A DNA stretch of 64,000 nucleotides from assembly GCA_951406725.2 (NCBI GenBank), contig OX597818.1, positions 12,214,001 through 12,278,000 on the forward strand, given 5' to 3'. Under the pieces are notes generated by a model. That model was not told where the DNA came from, did not search any database, and saw only the letters and a list, made by a program, of their open reading frames with translations. Each line of letters opens with the position of its first letter. Position 1 is the first letter of the stretch. This document shows, piece after piece, positions 40,111-55,496 of the stretch. A program made the position numbers and the translations under genes. This DNA is from Octopus vulgaris. Taxonomy: Eukaryota.

Positions 40111-40471
40111 CCTATAACTATTAAAGAGTGTTTGTGTGTGTGTGTGTGTCTGTGCGTATGTTCCTTATGCATCCCAAAACCGAGTTACTGATTTTGACGT
40201 AAGGAGTATCAAAAGATTCAGTAAGCTTTTGGTTACCAACTAAACTATATTTTCATTCACATATTTGCATTGCAAAAATTTAACCTCATCATTTTTCTTT
40301 TAGTCACCTATCGTAACCGACATTTTATATCACTACCACAGTGACGATGACGTCACATTATCTATATGTGTGTGTTCGCACGTTCGTTATCTACGTTAGG
40401 CCGATGACTGACAAGTATATATGTGTGACGCTGTATGTGTCTGTCAGTATACATACATTTCTGTGACGACT

Positions 40472-40537
<66 letters not shown>

Positions 40538-41049
40538 CCTAAAGACAGAGAGACACACACACAAGGATAGAGACAGGCTTCAGACGTGCGTTAATGTACG
40601 TGTGTGTGTTTGTGTGCGTGTGTGTCTTAGTTTATTTATGTAACTCCCCTCCCAACAGTGAAACGCGCCGATATTGAAAGTTTATTTACGACCTGCACTT
40701 TAAATGAACAGCGTTCACTTTGAAGTATTAACAACAAGAAGATTTGGCTGATTTAACACCACTCACAATACTCACAAATATATCTGAAAAAATATTCTGC
40801 TTATTATAACAAATTCGGAAACCTGGCGAAGTAGAAAACCTCGGCGGCTCTTTCAATATAATTACAGAAATGTTATTCCACTCCTTCTTACCAGTTTCAA
40901 GATAATGTTTTTTTAACAGTCCTTGTATTCTTCATCACTGTGAGTATCAACGTCCAACAACTTTTTTACTGCGTTACTCAGTATTTATTCTTCTATAACT
41001 ATAAAAGAGTGTGTGTGTATGTGTGTGTGTGTGTATGTGTGTGTATGTG

Positions 41050-41125
<76 letters not shown>

Positions 41126-43719
41126 GGCGTATGCTCCTTATGCATTCCAAAACCGAGTTGCGGATGTTGACTACCAACTAAACTATATTTTCATTCACAT
41201 AAATTGCATTACAAAAATTTAACATTATCATTTTTCTTATAGTTACCTATCATAAACGATAGTTTATATCACTACCACAATGACGATGACGTCACATTTT
41301 CTATATGTGTGTGTTCGCACGTTCTTTACCTACGTTAGGCCGATGACTGATAAGTATGTGTGTGAGGGTGTATGTGTCTGTCAGTACACATACATTTCTC
41401 TGACGACTCACACACACATACATCTAAAGACAGAGACAGACACGCACAAGGATAGAGATAGTCTTCAGAGTGCGTTAATGTACGTGTGTGTGTGTGTCTC
41501 TCTTACTTTATGTATGTAACTTCCTCACGCCCAACAGTGAAACGCGCCTATATTGAAAGTTTACTTGCGGCTTGGATTTCAAACAAGCAACAACGTTCAA
41601 TTTTAAGTACTACCAACACGATGATTTGGTTGATTTAACACCACTCACAATACTCGCAAATATATCTGAAATAAATATTATTCTGCTTATTATAACGAAT
41701 TCAGTAACTTGGCGAAGTGGAAAGCCTCAGCATTTCTTTCAATTTAATTACAGAAATGTTATTCAACTCCTTCTAACAAGTTTCAAGATAATGTTTTTTA
41801 AACAGTCTCTGTATTCTTCATAACTGTGAATATGAATGTCTCACAACCTTTTTACTGCATTACTCAGTATTTATTCCACAGCCTATAATGTTACACAGTT
41901 CAAAAACAGCCTCTTCCTTTTTATACACTTGGTTCAGCGTTCGTTTCAAAATTGTAAAATAAATTATTTTTGTATGAAAAATTGAATTATACCTTCTGAA
42001 TTTTCTTGGACTTACACTTACTTCACCGTGTCATTCATTCAATCGTGAATTTTATAACATTTAGTACATGTTCCAAATAAATTTTGACTTTCTGTACTTT
42101 TTTTACATTGGTGACGCATACTAACTTTTGCTAAACTGGTGACTTTCCATTTTTTTATAGCATAACTATGCTCCAGAAAGTGTTTTGCACCTATATTGAC
42201 TACATTTCATTTCACTTAAACTTCGTGTGGGTACGTTTTGCTGTTTTCAGTATTATCAATTCTATGAGCGTGTGTGTTTCTGCGTTCGTTAGGTATATAG
42301 TAAACTATAGTAAAGAACATTTTACGTTGTTTAAATGAGCCCACATCTAATGAAATAGCCATACTTATGGTTGGCGATCCCATTGAAAATCATGATATTC
42401 CCATTCGTGTTCGAAACACAGCCTCTCTCACTCACTCTCTCTCTCTCGCCTTTCGCTTCATCTTCTCTTTCAATTTCTTCTCTCTTCAAAGCATACAGAC
42501 ATTAAAATAATTTTACAGAAATTAACAAACAATCATATGATCTTATATGTCGATTTGACAACTTTGCTTCTTCAAACGAAAGAATGCCATAAAATAACTT
42601 CCTTTCACACACACACATGCATACGCACATTCTAGGTAAAACTTCTGTGTGAATTATGTTAATTCTTGCAGTGTGCACGTGCAAATTTACAGCTCAAACC
42701 CAGTTGAAATGATATTTTTCTACTGCGTAATTTGTGTTTGTGATGAGCGAATTTAAAAACCTGATATTCGATATAAACTTAAAAGGAGGTTTTCCCAGAA
42801 ATTCTGTCCTTTACATCTTCTTTCTAGCATGTCCGAGGTGACATTTCCGTCCCTGCCCCCTTTTTTTCATAAATTTTTCTGATTCCTATGTTTGCGACAC
42901 AGAGATTAGGATTTTGCCCACAAAACACGTTCTCAATATGTTAATTTTCTCCCTCTCCACACCAAATTAATTTTCTACTTTTTCCAAATTTTTATTCTTG
43001 GAGAAAAAACAGAGAGTATAAATCTTTAAGAATTTTACCCATCACCTCACCACTTTCAAAAAGCTACACATTCCCAATGTTTCAATTTTAGCTTTTTTGG
43101 AAAGCAGGGATGTTTCTTCAGAAATAATGTCGTTTACCTGTTGTTTCTAGCATGTCGGGTTTTCTGGTAGTGGTCTGGTATTTTCTAAGTCTACTTTTTC
43201 AGTAAAATTCTACGCATGCGGGAAACATCAGACAAAAGTGAAAGATTGACAGATTTTTTGAAAGCTGGTTGGTGATGAGTAGGCGAGGTGGGGGAAGGGG
43301 CACTGAGTGTTTCTTTAAGAAAAATTAAACTATAAGAAAAAAATATATTTCCCATATTCGTAATCTCTGTATTTTTCTACGTAGATAACAAAAAAAAAAA
43401 AATGAAATTGAAAAAGTTACAAATTAAGAAATTGCAGTGGGGAAAGAGGGAAATTAAAATTTTGAAAGCGTGATTTCTGGACAAAATCATATTAATCCCC
43501 TTTTATACGATGAAACATTACATAGTTTCTGATCTTTCTTAAGAACAGAAAGCACATTCATGCAAACTCATGGAAACTGTACCCTCGCCCTTCACTATTA
43601 GACAAAAAATAACTCCCATTATTTCATTAACTATATATCAGCTGTGCCGATTTTGCCCATAAGAAAGGAGCAAATAATACAATGTGCAACGCCCGGGCAA
43701 CGCCAGGATGTATTGCTAT
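40111..43719 (+). mobile_element. Non-autonomous Helitron with duplicated 5' segment of about 880 bp
   Basis: Two starts (C/T)CTATAACTAT.AAAGAG at 40111 and 40992; 3' end CCCGGGCAACGCCAGG...GCTAT; inserted between A and T. Confidence 0.72.
42910..43490. repeat. Old degenerate inverted repeat inside the Helitron
   Basis: GATTTTGCCCAC... versus ...CTGGACAAAATC, and CCCATCACC..CACTTTCAAAAA versus TTTTTGAAAGCTGG.TGGTGATGAG. Confidence 0.5.
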
Positions 43720-45129
43720 TTACTACTATAAGTAAAATTTATTATATTAATACTGTTACCTGACTGCCCTAAAGCCTTCGATATGCTTGGGGACGGTACT
43801 GCCCAGATTAAGAACCTCTGTTTTATATCATCTTTATATCTCCATTAGTGCTACCTACGCAACTGATGTGGGGAAGACAATAGATTCATGATATTCTTGT
43901 CTTTCTATGAGTATCCAATAAGAGTCAAATATTTTCTCCTATTATGAAACAGATGAACAATCAAATATAAATAACGCACTTGATACGCTACAATATTGTT
44001 CGGTGAGGGTCACCTGTCACTTTCAAAGTGTCAAGACTGCGTAAGCAATGAACTTTGTGATGTTAACTTTGACATTTTCAATCAATAAAACACAATGAAA
44101 ATTAAATAAAAAATTATCCTAAGTCATAGCAGCTCTGTAGTTTCAAACATTATCACAATAAGTGTTAAAATAATACCAAACACAATAAAATGTAAAACGA
44201 TAAACAAGATATAAGCCATTTAAAACAATTACAGCTATATTAGCCTATTGCAAATAACATTAATTGTTTTACTGAAGAGTATGGTTGCAGACATTTTACG
44301 CTGTTATTGCTTTTTAAACTCGTTAATATTTGTCTTTATGTTCAGAGTTGACAGCTGTTGCTACAATTATATTGCGATATTTGCACTGAATATATATTAA
44401 TTGTGAATCGTACGTTCTTTCCGATAATGATCTTCCATTCCTTAGCTGAGAGCAATGAAACTAGCTACTAATGGCTTCAAAGACAAAAAGAACTATAAAA
44501 TATTAATTGCGGATATCTAAATGCTTGTGAATAGAGTTTACAGATCTTTAGCAATAACAATAAAAGGCGTTCTTCGAACCTAACATCATATATACTAATA
44601 TTTTGTTCTTTGATATATATATATATATATGTGTGCGTGTGTGTGTGTGTGCGCGCGAATATAATGTATATTCTTTTATTATTCTTTATTAATTAGCTGC
44701 AAAGCTATGCAAGGAACTTAAGTGTCGACAATTTGGTTGGAGCACTTAAACTCCATATATTTGTATATAGGTTTCTATATAAATATGTGCAAATATATGT
44801 GCATAAAAATACAAAAGCAAATGCATATTATATCTATCATCATAAAATTCCATTGTCACTGGATTTCTAATAGGAATTTACAATTTACTAGTATGATCAT
44901 GTTTTGTGCTAACATTCTTCAGGTGAATAACCTCATATCAGTAAGAAGAAATTAATTTTATAACCGGTGAATTTTTGTAGCATCCAGCCTTCAAATTAGA
45001 AGACTGTTGCAATAACATCACTCTATAGCATCCAAGATTTAACGCAATGGGTTCGACAAAAAAAGTATCATTGTGACAATATTCATGCAACAAAGTGAAA
45101 AGTATTTATTTGAAGCTAAATGTTATTAA

Positions 45130-46090
45130 TTGCTCATTTAACTGCCGTTGAAAGTTTTCAATAAAACATGTCCCTCTAATAAATCTTCTAATATACTTTC
45201 TGTCTATTTTTTAAAAGAAAAATATTTAAAAAAGCTCCGCCACTATTGTTAACTGCATGTTCACTGGAATCATTTTATATTCTGGTGGTCTTATGTGTGA
45301 TAGATGTATCCGCATCCTCTCGGTTAGTGCATCTTTGGTCCTATATGAATATAGTTTTGCAGTCGCTGCATTGAACGTTATATGTAAGATTCTTGCTTTT
45401 CCAAGTCATATCAGAATTTCAGTATATGGTGGCACCGGATTTTATCTTTAACTCAACACCGGTATGAATATATTGTCAAATACTGCATCGATTGTCATTA
45501 CAAAATTTCAGACTAAATCCTTTTTGTTCTCGCTCTGGTCCAATGTCTTTGACAATTTTTGCTTTGAATTACGAGCAATTGATTGTCTAAGGACTGGGAA
45601 ATTTGCTCATCATACAATAAAGATATCCTCATTGAATGAGCAAAGGATATCTTATCCTTTTAGGTTGTCTTCACCTCACTGTACGAAACTGTTGTAACGG
45701 AATTTATTTGACTTTTCAATTCCATACAATATTTAGGGGTTGTGGATATTTCTGGGCGATTTGGAGCCTTTGCTACAACTGGAAGCGTATATTTCTAGTT
45801 GTACATATTTACTGATCTAGTCAATACGGCATATTTTTTGTATGGGTTGGGTGGTGTGAGTTCAAGTTTATTGATTTATATCTGTGAAAATATAGGTTTT
45901 TGTATTGGGTTCATTTTTAATCATTAAAATATACGGAATTGCTAATTCACGGATACTTAATTTCTTCGTTAACTTAATAGCTGTGCTTAAGTTACCTAAA
46001 ATACCAGAAAAATATTCTTCCAATGCTTCATCAAACTTTGTCCAAATGACAAAGCAATCATATAGGTACCGCTTCCACAATGATTTAATA
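45130..46090 (-). pseudogene. Penelope-like RT C-terminus and GIY-YIG remnant
   Basis: WKRYLYDCFVIW (RYxDD motif), then SKNLTYNVQCSDCKTIHIG..LTERMRIHLSHIR. Confidence 0.8.
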
Positions 46091-46354
46091 TGTCTGGTGA
46101 ATATGTCTGGTGAGAATATGTCTGGTGATAATATGTCTGGTCTCAATATAGGCAGACAGAGAGACAGAAAAACAGATAGATAGATAGATAGATAGAACAT
46201 AAGTTTAGATAAAATTTTCCATTGAAATAGAATATATTGTTTTCTAGAACAAGTATAACCTAATCTTAAATAAACTCAAGTGAAAATATATTAGGTATTG
46301 CCTCTCCATGTTTTCCCCTATTGCCTTACAACAGCTATAGGTAAATCACGAAAC

Positions 46355-46473
<119 letters not shown>

Positions 46474-46699
46474 ACTGTGTCTCTATCTAGCTCTACACAC
46501 ATTATATTTATTTATGTGTGCATTTGTACGTGTGCATATTTACGTGCATTTATAATGATATACTTGTATGTAGATATGCTTCCATATACGCACATACAAA
46601 CATAGAAAATGCTACCAAGTTCTAGTTTTGTCTTTTCGTGCCAGGTTTTTTCATGTTTTGGTGTGAGTTTCCTGTAAGTTGTTCGGAAAAGTAAAGTTT

Positions 46700-48530
46700 C
46701 CTATCGTTTCACGGCTTTCTTAGTCCCATCGTCATGATGAAATGATGATGGACTGTATATTTCTCTTTTCTAGGCAGAGCAAATATAACTGGTGTAGGCA
46801 TCATCGTTGCAATTCCATTTGTCGCCGTTAGTTATATAAGTTTATAAGTCATGTGTTTATTTCTGTTTGTAACTAACGAATGCTGGTTGTCTATAATTTA
46901 ACGCAGAGTTCGATTACGACAATTGCTCACGTCATTTAGCATTAATTTTTGTGGAGAATTTCCTAGAGCATATATGTGTCATCCACAGATGTTTCTCTGT
47001 CTAGTTTTCCTTAATGCGTTGCTAATAAAATATCAGAGTTATGAAATTTACTATTTTCACATCACGTTACTCGTTAGTAGTTTACTTGTGGGCTTGTTAT
47101 TGGAGTAAGTTTTTTTTCTATATTTTAGTGTTTTTGTTGGGCATTATTTCTGTCAGTTAAGGTGTCGAGCTGGCAGAATCGTTAGCACTCCGGGCGAAAT
47201 GCTTATCGTTTTTTCGTCTGTCTTTACGTTCTGAGTTCAAATTCCGCCGAGGTCGGTTTGACTTTCATGCTTTCGGGGTCGATAGATTAAGTACCAGTTG
47301 CGTATTTGGGTCGATGTCATTGACTGGCTCCCTCCCACCAAATTTCAAGCCTTGTGCCTATTGTAAAAGGATTATTTGTATTAGTTTACGGGATGGTGGT
47401 GTAATGCATTTTGTATTTTGTTTTATGAGGTTTTTCATATGTTAATTTATTTGATAGTAAGTGTTTGAGTCATTTATATGTGGCTTATTATTCTAAATAA
47501 GCATAATGTCGGGTATATTGGCTGCATTATACATGCGCTTCATTATTCTATGACTTGGTTTGCTAATTTGTTTCAATACTCATTGTTAATTAGTTGTTGT
47601 TCCATTCAATTGATTCCTGCATGTAGTTCCGGATTTGTAACGGTAAATGTGAATGCTCTACTAAGTAGAGATTTTATTACTGATCAAACAAACACTTTTA
47701 TCGTTATTTGGATATTCGCTGTTTCCATGTTAGTACATTTACGTGTGTCTTTAGTGGAAGTGGCTGTAATATATAAATTATATTATATCTGAATGTTTGC
47801 ATCAATAAATAGGATCATTGCATTAATAAGAATTTTATTAGATTGTTTGCATGTAATGCCAGAGGGTTTTACTTGCAATTTTCTAAATGTTAAATTTATA
47901 GTACAAAGTAAATTTCTAGGTTTTCTAATTTTACTTGAATTCTTCCGATATGACTATTACGGTGTAGACATAGTCCATTTACCTGGTGTATATCTTATAT
48001 TCATGTCTTGATACCATTTTTTGGTGACTACATAGAACTATGCGGGCTCTAAGGAAGAAAAGCATGACTATCTTGTCTTTTTGTTTATATAATTTGCTTA
48101 ATGGACAACGAAACGGCTTCCATTTTGTACAGAACACTGGCAATTTCAACGGTATATTAATTAGTATCATGAGTGGTTTATTTTGTATCTTCCACCAAAA
48201 CATTGGTAAAAAAACCTTTCCTTGTGTAAGTTGGAGTTATTGTCCACTTCGTTAGTTGCGTCTAAAATTTCTAGAAACCCTTCAGATATCCGTATACTCT
48301 GTCCCCAATGTGTATTGTTTGGAAATGGTATCATATTGTTCAATGATCTTGTGTTGTATATATTTGAGGTGTATGAATCGGATGGTGTTGCTTTGTGTAT
48401 TTCAACTGTTCTATAGATATGTGCTACAGAGAAGCTTCCTTTCAATTTTTAATTGGGTGATTCCCTGAAGAATTATCTTTGTCAATGAGTACATTTATTT
48501 TTATCGTTGATTTTTGAAATATATTTATAA
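46700..48530 (-). pseudogene. Highly decayed Neptune-type PLE, interrupted by a SINE
   Basis: Scattered motif-like translations HTRK, NMKNLIKQN and NCRNR; degenerate hammerheads near both ends. Confidence 0.4.
47159..47370 (+). mobile_element. SINE family B
   Basis: AAGGTGTCGAGCTGGCAGAATCGTTAG...GAGTTCAAATTCCGCCGAGGTCG; degenerate TSD ATTATTT...AGTT. Confidence 0.88.
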
Positions 48531-48532
48531 TT

Positions 48533-48624
48533 ATCTATGATGAAGAAAGTATTATTTTTATATATGTGATGTTACTCATGTGCGTTAAATCAGGGACAGC
48601 ACTTCTATGAAACGATCGTAAGAT
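48533..48624 (+). ncRNA. Degenerate hammerhead motif
   Basis: AUCU AUGAUGA AGAAAGU...ACUUCU AU GAAAC GAUC GUA AGAU; C3 changed to A. Confidence 0.5.
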
Positions 48625-48771
48625 GCTTTAAATACTTAATTCAAAACTGTTAAACTGTCATATTCATTATATATTTATACTTATACATATTTACATATAT
48701 ATTTATACATATTTATATTTTACACATGTATATATTTTTCTGAAAAAATTTCTAATATTGATTTCCTGATA

Positions 48772-48827
<56 letters not shown>

Positions 48828-48989
48828 TGCAGAACTTGTATAAGTTTTGTGATGAATGTTTGTTTATTATTGTGTCCTATCTTTCGTTTAGGTTTCTAAT
48901 GTTTTTATCACGGAAAACTATTTTGGAACCTTTATTATTTAGTTTTGATTATATTTTAGCTGTATGGAATATAACTGCAAGTACCAAAA

Positions 48990-49432
48990 TGCAGATTTAA
49001 GCCCCTAGGAAAGTTATACAATTTTGGAAAACCGATCTCTTAAGTTAGGGTGTCAGTTCCAGCATACACACAAACCCGTAGACCATGCACACAAAAATTT
49101 GCGAGCAAATTAAAAAACTGTTACTTAGACTGAAGTACCTTGGGGTTCAAGGGCCCACAGATATTTAATGCCTATTTAATGCCTTGTCAAAACATCTGAG
49201 GGATCTTCATGGAATAAGGGTAGATGTTTTCAAGAAACAACTTGATCTCCTACTTCCAAGATCCCAGATGAACATATATCACGGCAAAAGATGGCAGCTG
49301 TGTCGAACTCCCTACTTCAACAAAAGCCAATCACATAAGAATGGCCATTGAAAAGGTGATTACACTGGTGGTGCCCTAGCACGGCTACAGCCTAATGGCT
49401 GAAACGTTTAAAATAAAAATAAAATAAAAAAT
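48990..49432 (+). mobile_element. CR1-type LINE 3' end
   Basis: LGFKGPQIFN, LRDLHGIRVDVFKKQLDL; tail GGTGCCCTAGCACGGC...GCTGAAAC(TAAAA)n. Confidence 0.85.
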
Positions 49433-49789
49433 AGACGGTAAGTTAATTTTTTTGCGCGCAAAAGAAACATTATAGCCTAGTCAATCTACATTGGCACTTG
49501 AAAGAAAACTGCACCAATGCTAGCGAGAGGGAAATATTGAATGAAAATACCACCAGAATGAACCCGGAAAGGAAGGAGATATTAAGTTAGAAAGGTTAAA
49601 ATATATAGGAGCTACTTTTCGTGTTCGCGTTGAGAAAGAAAAAAAAAAACATGCAGGTCACAGTTAGATTCATGTAAATGAAGAGTAACCAGTGCATAAC
49701 AAAATTAGTCGAAGTATAATCAGTGTCTATATAAATGAAATAAGCGAAAACTGTGAATCTGGAATATACTATATGGACACAGTATGGAT

Positions 49790-51390
49790 ATTGCTGACGT
49801 GTGAGGTCAGAGAGATAGGCCGATAGTTTTTGGCATCTGTTCTACATCCTCCTTTATGAGAAGGAGATATTTTTACCTCCTTCAATTTGCCTGAGAATAT
49901 TTTTTCAAAGAAGCTCTGAAAAAGAAGCTGCAATGGTTTTGTAAGGGCTCATTTGCATGATTTGAGAAGGATTATTGGGAAACCATCAGGGCCAGAGTTG
50001 AGTTTACATTTACCTCATCTATGGCCAGTTTTATACCTTCTTTTATATCGATGTAATCAACTGTTACTGCCTCCCTTTTTACATCCATTGTGGTAAAGAA
50101 CTCTCCAGGTTTGCAGACTTGCATGTGCCGTAAGGGTGGAGGTGAAAACACTTGAATTATCCAGTATTTTTCTCTTATCCTCATTGGGTCTCCTTCGGGA
50201 GAATCATCTGTTTGGAGGAGTGGCTCTACCTTGCAATGTACGGAGACAGATTCTTTGACATACTTAAAGAAAGCTTTAGGGTTTGATCTTACATTTTCTA
50301 TGACCCAAGTGTCTTTATCTGCTCTTTCTTCTTCATGCGAGCATTTCAGATTTTTGTCATCTCCAGTAATGTTTTCTGGTGGGATTTTTCACTGCCATTG
50401 AGTTCTCTGTTTAGGATGTTTACAATCTTTGCACGCCGTCTCATAAGAACTTTCCTCTCCTTGTGAATTTTGTTCTTATGTATAGTGGCCTTTCTCTGTG
50501 GGACAAACTTGTAGTATATGGCTTGCATTACGGACATGATTTTTTAAACTTTCATGTCGATGTCCGGTGTGGAGAGACATTGAGAACTATCCTATTTGAT
50601 CTCTTTCTCAATCGATTTCCAGTCTGCTTTATGGAAATTCAGATTGGTTAGATTTTGAGTGCCTCTAATAGGCTTCATGTCTGCAGATTCCTTTTGTCCA
50701 TACTTGGTTAGCTCTATTATATTATGATCCGAGACTAGCGTCGGCGTCTCTGTCATATTATAGACAAAATCCATACTATTTATGAAGCAGAAATCAACTA
50801 TAATATTTGTCTTGGTTGGTGGGAGTACTACATGCTCCATGTATAACGTATTGGTGAGGTTGATCATCAGAAACTCTACCTATCTTTCTTCGCATCACAT
50901 CATTCCTTAGAGGAAAAGGCACTTAGCCCATCCTATGCCGGGCAGGTTAAAGTCACCTATGAGAAGTACACTGATGTGTTGTTCTAATTTGGTTAGGGCT
51001 TCTATTTTTCCCAAGGCAGTATTCGAATGGGTCCGTGTGATTTAGGGTATATTCTGGGTGATAAGTAGTACATATAACAACATCGAGTTGTCTTATATCA
51101 ACATTTAGTGTGTCACACACAGACAAAGGGACCTGAGGTGTGAGGTCTTCCCGAATATACACTGCAACTCTATCGAGACTCATGTCCTTTCTGTCGGTTC
51201 GCATTATAACATACTTTGGTATGTGTACTTCTGCATCTGCGATGTCGAGTTTTAGGCGCGTTTTGGTGAGTACTGTGCATAGCGCTTGATTACATAGCAC
51301 AAGGTCACTCAGGAAGAAGATTTTAGTTCTGTTACTGACTTGGAACAATCCTCTAATGTTTAGAAACAGTAGTAATGTGATGTCTGTGCT
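49790..51390 (-). pseudogene. CR1-type LINE APE endonuclease to RT N-terminus
   Basis: FLNIRGL, IMRTDR, SDHNII, NFHKADW, AKNYRPISLTSHVS. Confidence 0.88.
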
Positions 51391-52445
51391 GATAAACAAA
51401 TAAGTACATACATACATACATACGTACATACATACATACATACATACATACATACATACATACATACATACATACATACATACATACATACATACATACA
51501 TACATACGAACATACATATATATGTGTGTATGTTTCTTTATGTGTATCTGTATAAATATTTCTATATGTATATATGTATAAAAGCAAAATATATAATATC
51601 CTCATTGTTAGTATAAGAAAAGTACATTTCGCTGTAAATTTACTTTCTTCCATCCGTAAGTGCACACAACGCTCAAACGTATTATTTTTAAAACAATAAA
51701 CGTTATTTATGTTTCGAAGGGTTTTCTCATGTGAACTCTCTGTACTTCTGCACACAGCATTTTTGATGCAATGTTCCACCAATTACTCACATTTAAATCA
51801 CAAGCAACGGATAATAAGTTTATAAATCTAGATTTAATCACTTCAATACTGCTTGACCTCGTCAAAGTAAATATTCCTCTATTAATATACTGAAGTTCTA
51901 TTTAATTATCTGCGCTCATCAAATACATACATACATACATACATACATTAATTATCTGCGCTCATCAAATACATACATACATACATACATACATACATAC
52001 ATACATACACACATACATATATATATATATATGCATGCATAAATACATAATACGCACACACACGCACATACACACACACATACACACATACATATATATA
52101 TATATATGCATGCATAAATACATAATACGCACACACACGCACATACACACACACATACACATATATATAGATGAAGGCATATATGTGGGGGCATGTTTGT
52201 ATATGTCTGTTTGTATGAAATTACATTTAGATAATATATTTGTATATAGATAAATTGATAACTTGATAGAATGACTGCTAGATAGATACGATCATACACA
52301 CATACACACACACACACACACACACGCCAATATTCTCATTGAAGATGGAGATGAGTACCAACTTTTCCATGTGGCGGGCTTGATAATTGTTGAAAGGTTT
52401 CTTTATACATGAAAGGATTGGTTGCCTTTTTAACCCACAAATAAA

Positions 52446-52482
<37 letters not shown>

Positions 52483-53171
52483 GTATGCATACGTAAATTA
52501 TATATATATATATAAATATATATATATACACATGTATATATGTATATGTATATGCATACATACACTCACATATATTGCGCGAGGACTTCTTGGCGCAACC
52601 TGCATATGCATATTGTTATGTGCATGTATGTGTCTGTGCGTATGTGCATGTGTGCATGCGCACCCGTGTGTGTACATACAGGCAGGCATACAGATACACA
52701 CGCACTCACGTATATACACACACGATGTATGAAAATTTTAAATAAATGCAAAAATAAAAGAGTCTATAAACATAAACAAAACATATTTTATCTCAATAAG
52801 ATTTTTAATGTTTTCACTTCACTAAAGACCAGTGCACAGTATCATAGACTTACTCTTTAGCTACTTGTTATTATCAATTTCTAAAGAGATAAGGAATATA
52901 TGACTAAATAAAAATTGTAAAAAGCAAGAAAAAAATTAAAAACAAAAGAAAAGAAAACAAAACAAACTTAGCAAAAAGTAAAATAAATCTATTAATAAAA
53001 AGAGAAAATTAATAAATTCTAATAATGCGTAATAAATAATATTAAACCAAGACAAAATGTTATAACCAGAGTCGTGATGAAAATCGATTATATTGCTTTA
53101 TGTAGCAGAGACATAGGACAACCTAGAGCCTATTAATATCTTGAATAAAGGAGTTACAGCTAGAAATACGC

Positions 53172-53412
<241 letters not shown>

Positions 53413-54289
53413 ATGTGGGTGTCTGTACATGAATGCATATATGTATATACATATAAACATATATATATAAATGTAGATATGTATATATATATATGTGTGT
53501 GTGTGTGTATGTCTGTGTGTGTGTGTGTATGTACGTGTGTGTATGTGTATATTCGCAGACACACACACACACACAAATATGGGAGACATAGAGACAAGTG
53601 GGAAAGTGAGAGATGGAGAAGGATGAAAGGAGATAAGAAGTGTGATGAAATATAACAGATCAAAAGAAGATAGAGAAAAAGGGAGAGAAAAAAGAGAGAA
53701 CTGTTGAGTAAGAGGTGGAAAAGTGAGGGTGAGAAAGGAGGGGGAGAGAAGAGGAGAAAGAAAGAAGTAAGAAAAGAAGAAAAAGAGATGTGTAAGGTGT
53801 ATGATGAAACGTAACAGAGCGAAGGACAATAACGTGGAAACAGAGGGAGGGAGAGAGAGAGAGAGAAAGAGAAAGAAAAGAGAGAGAGAAAGGGAAAGAC
53901 AATAAAGTTTCAGAATGATAAAAAAAAGAGTATAGCACTAGAATGTTAGAAAGAGTATGTGTGTGTGTGGGGGGGGGGGACGAAGAGACGAATTAAAGAA
54001 GAAAAGAAAGAGAAAAGGAGTAAAATCAAGACGAGAGAGGAAGAGAAAAAGGAATGACAAGGAAGGAGGAGTGTGGAAGAACGCGAAAAATTAAGAGAAG
54101 AGAGAAAGAAATAAAATAAATAAAAAGCAGTATTAAACAACAGCTACTGATAAGAAGATAAGAGCGAAATTCGCTGTTAGTAATAATGTATTATTTTATG
54201 AAAAACCAAAATGATGTAGAGAAATATCAAAGATATTCAGTCGATGATTGCAAAGATATATGAATTGAAGGAAAAAAAGGTCAAGCCTG

Positions 54290-54385
<96 letters not shown>

Positions 54386-54623
54386 CCTACCTACCTACCT
54401 ACCTACCTACCTACCTATCTATCAATTCAACCACCAATCAATACACACATATATTATACAAGAAATTGGGTGCACGCGTCTATAAAGTTCATACGTACAA
54501 ACACACTCAGAGATTCACAAATTTATAAGACATGTGTATGTGTGTGTGTTTGTGTGTATTATGCACACACACACGCACGCACACACACACACACACACAT
54601 ACACACACATATATATATATATA

Positions 54624-54787
54624 GCCGCAGGAGTGGCTGTGTGATAAGAAGCTTGCATCCCAACCACATTGTTTCGGGTTCAGTCCCACTGCGTGGTACC
54701 TTGGGCAAGTGTCTTCTATTATAGCCCCTGGCCAACCAAAGCCTTGCGAGTGGATTTGGTAGAGGGAAACCGAAAGAATCCCATCAT

Positions 54788-54836
<49 letters not shown>

Positions 54837-55447
54837 CAGTGGCGGCCAAAATGTTCAGAACGGCATAGTTTTCGTCAGAAAAGTAGATATAATTTTTTTT
54901 ATCAAAGTTGTTTTATATTCTATAATTTTCACAGACAATAAATACGATATTATTTGTTATCGCCTGAGATTTTGGTGTAATTTGAGAGGATAATACAAAA
55001 GTTATGGATGATTTAGTGATTTACTGCAAAACCCATGGCGGCCAAAAGGATCAGAACGGTTGTTTTTACTCCGTGTTTTAGTATATTTAACCGGCGAACT
55101 CTAATGTTTTGAATTTGTTTACGTGACGGTTCGTTTACTAAACATTAGTAAGAATATTTGCAGTGTACTTTGTTAATATAATGCCACTTACTCCCTCATT
55201 TTTGATTATTTTGTTATTTTTTCAACCGTTCTGATCATTTTGGCCGCCATGGGTTTTGCAGTAAATTACTAAATCATCCATAACTTTTGTATTATCCTCT
55301 CAAATTACACCAAAATCTCAGACAATAACAATGAATAAATATTGTATTTATTGTCTGTAAAAATTATAGAATATAAAACCACTTTGATAAAAACTTATAT
55401 TTACTTTTCTGACGAAAACAATGCCGTTCTGAACATTTTGGCCGCCA

Positions 55448-55496
<49 letters not shown>

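Larger units (their letters stand above)
39815..43820. mobile_element. hAT (Charlie-like) MITE split by a Helitron insertion
   Basis: TIRs CAGTGGTTCTTAACC / GATTAAGAACCTCTG; 8-bp TSD GTTTATAT/TTTTATAT. Confidence 0.7.

Noticed and set aside
44922-44940. Micro-exon candidate (CTAAC...TTCAG and GTAAG)
   Set aside because: Unsupported without transcript data.
46085-46142. Four spaced copies of ATATGTCTGGT resembling a mini-CRISPR
   Set aside because: The period is only 12-15 bp, with no unique spacers and no cas genes in a eukaryotic context; it is a simple minisatellite.
51903-52160. Short tandem duplications within microsatellite-rich DNA
   Set aside because: Ordinary slippage products.
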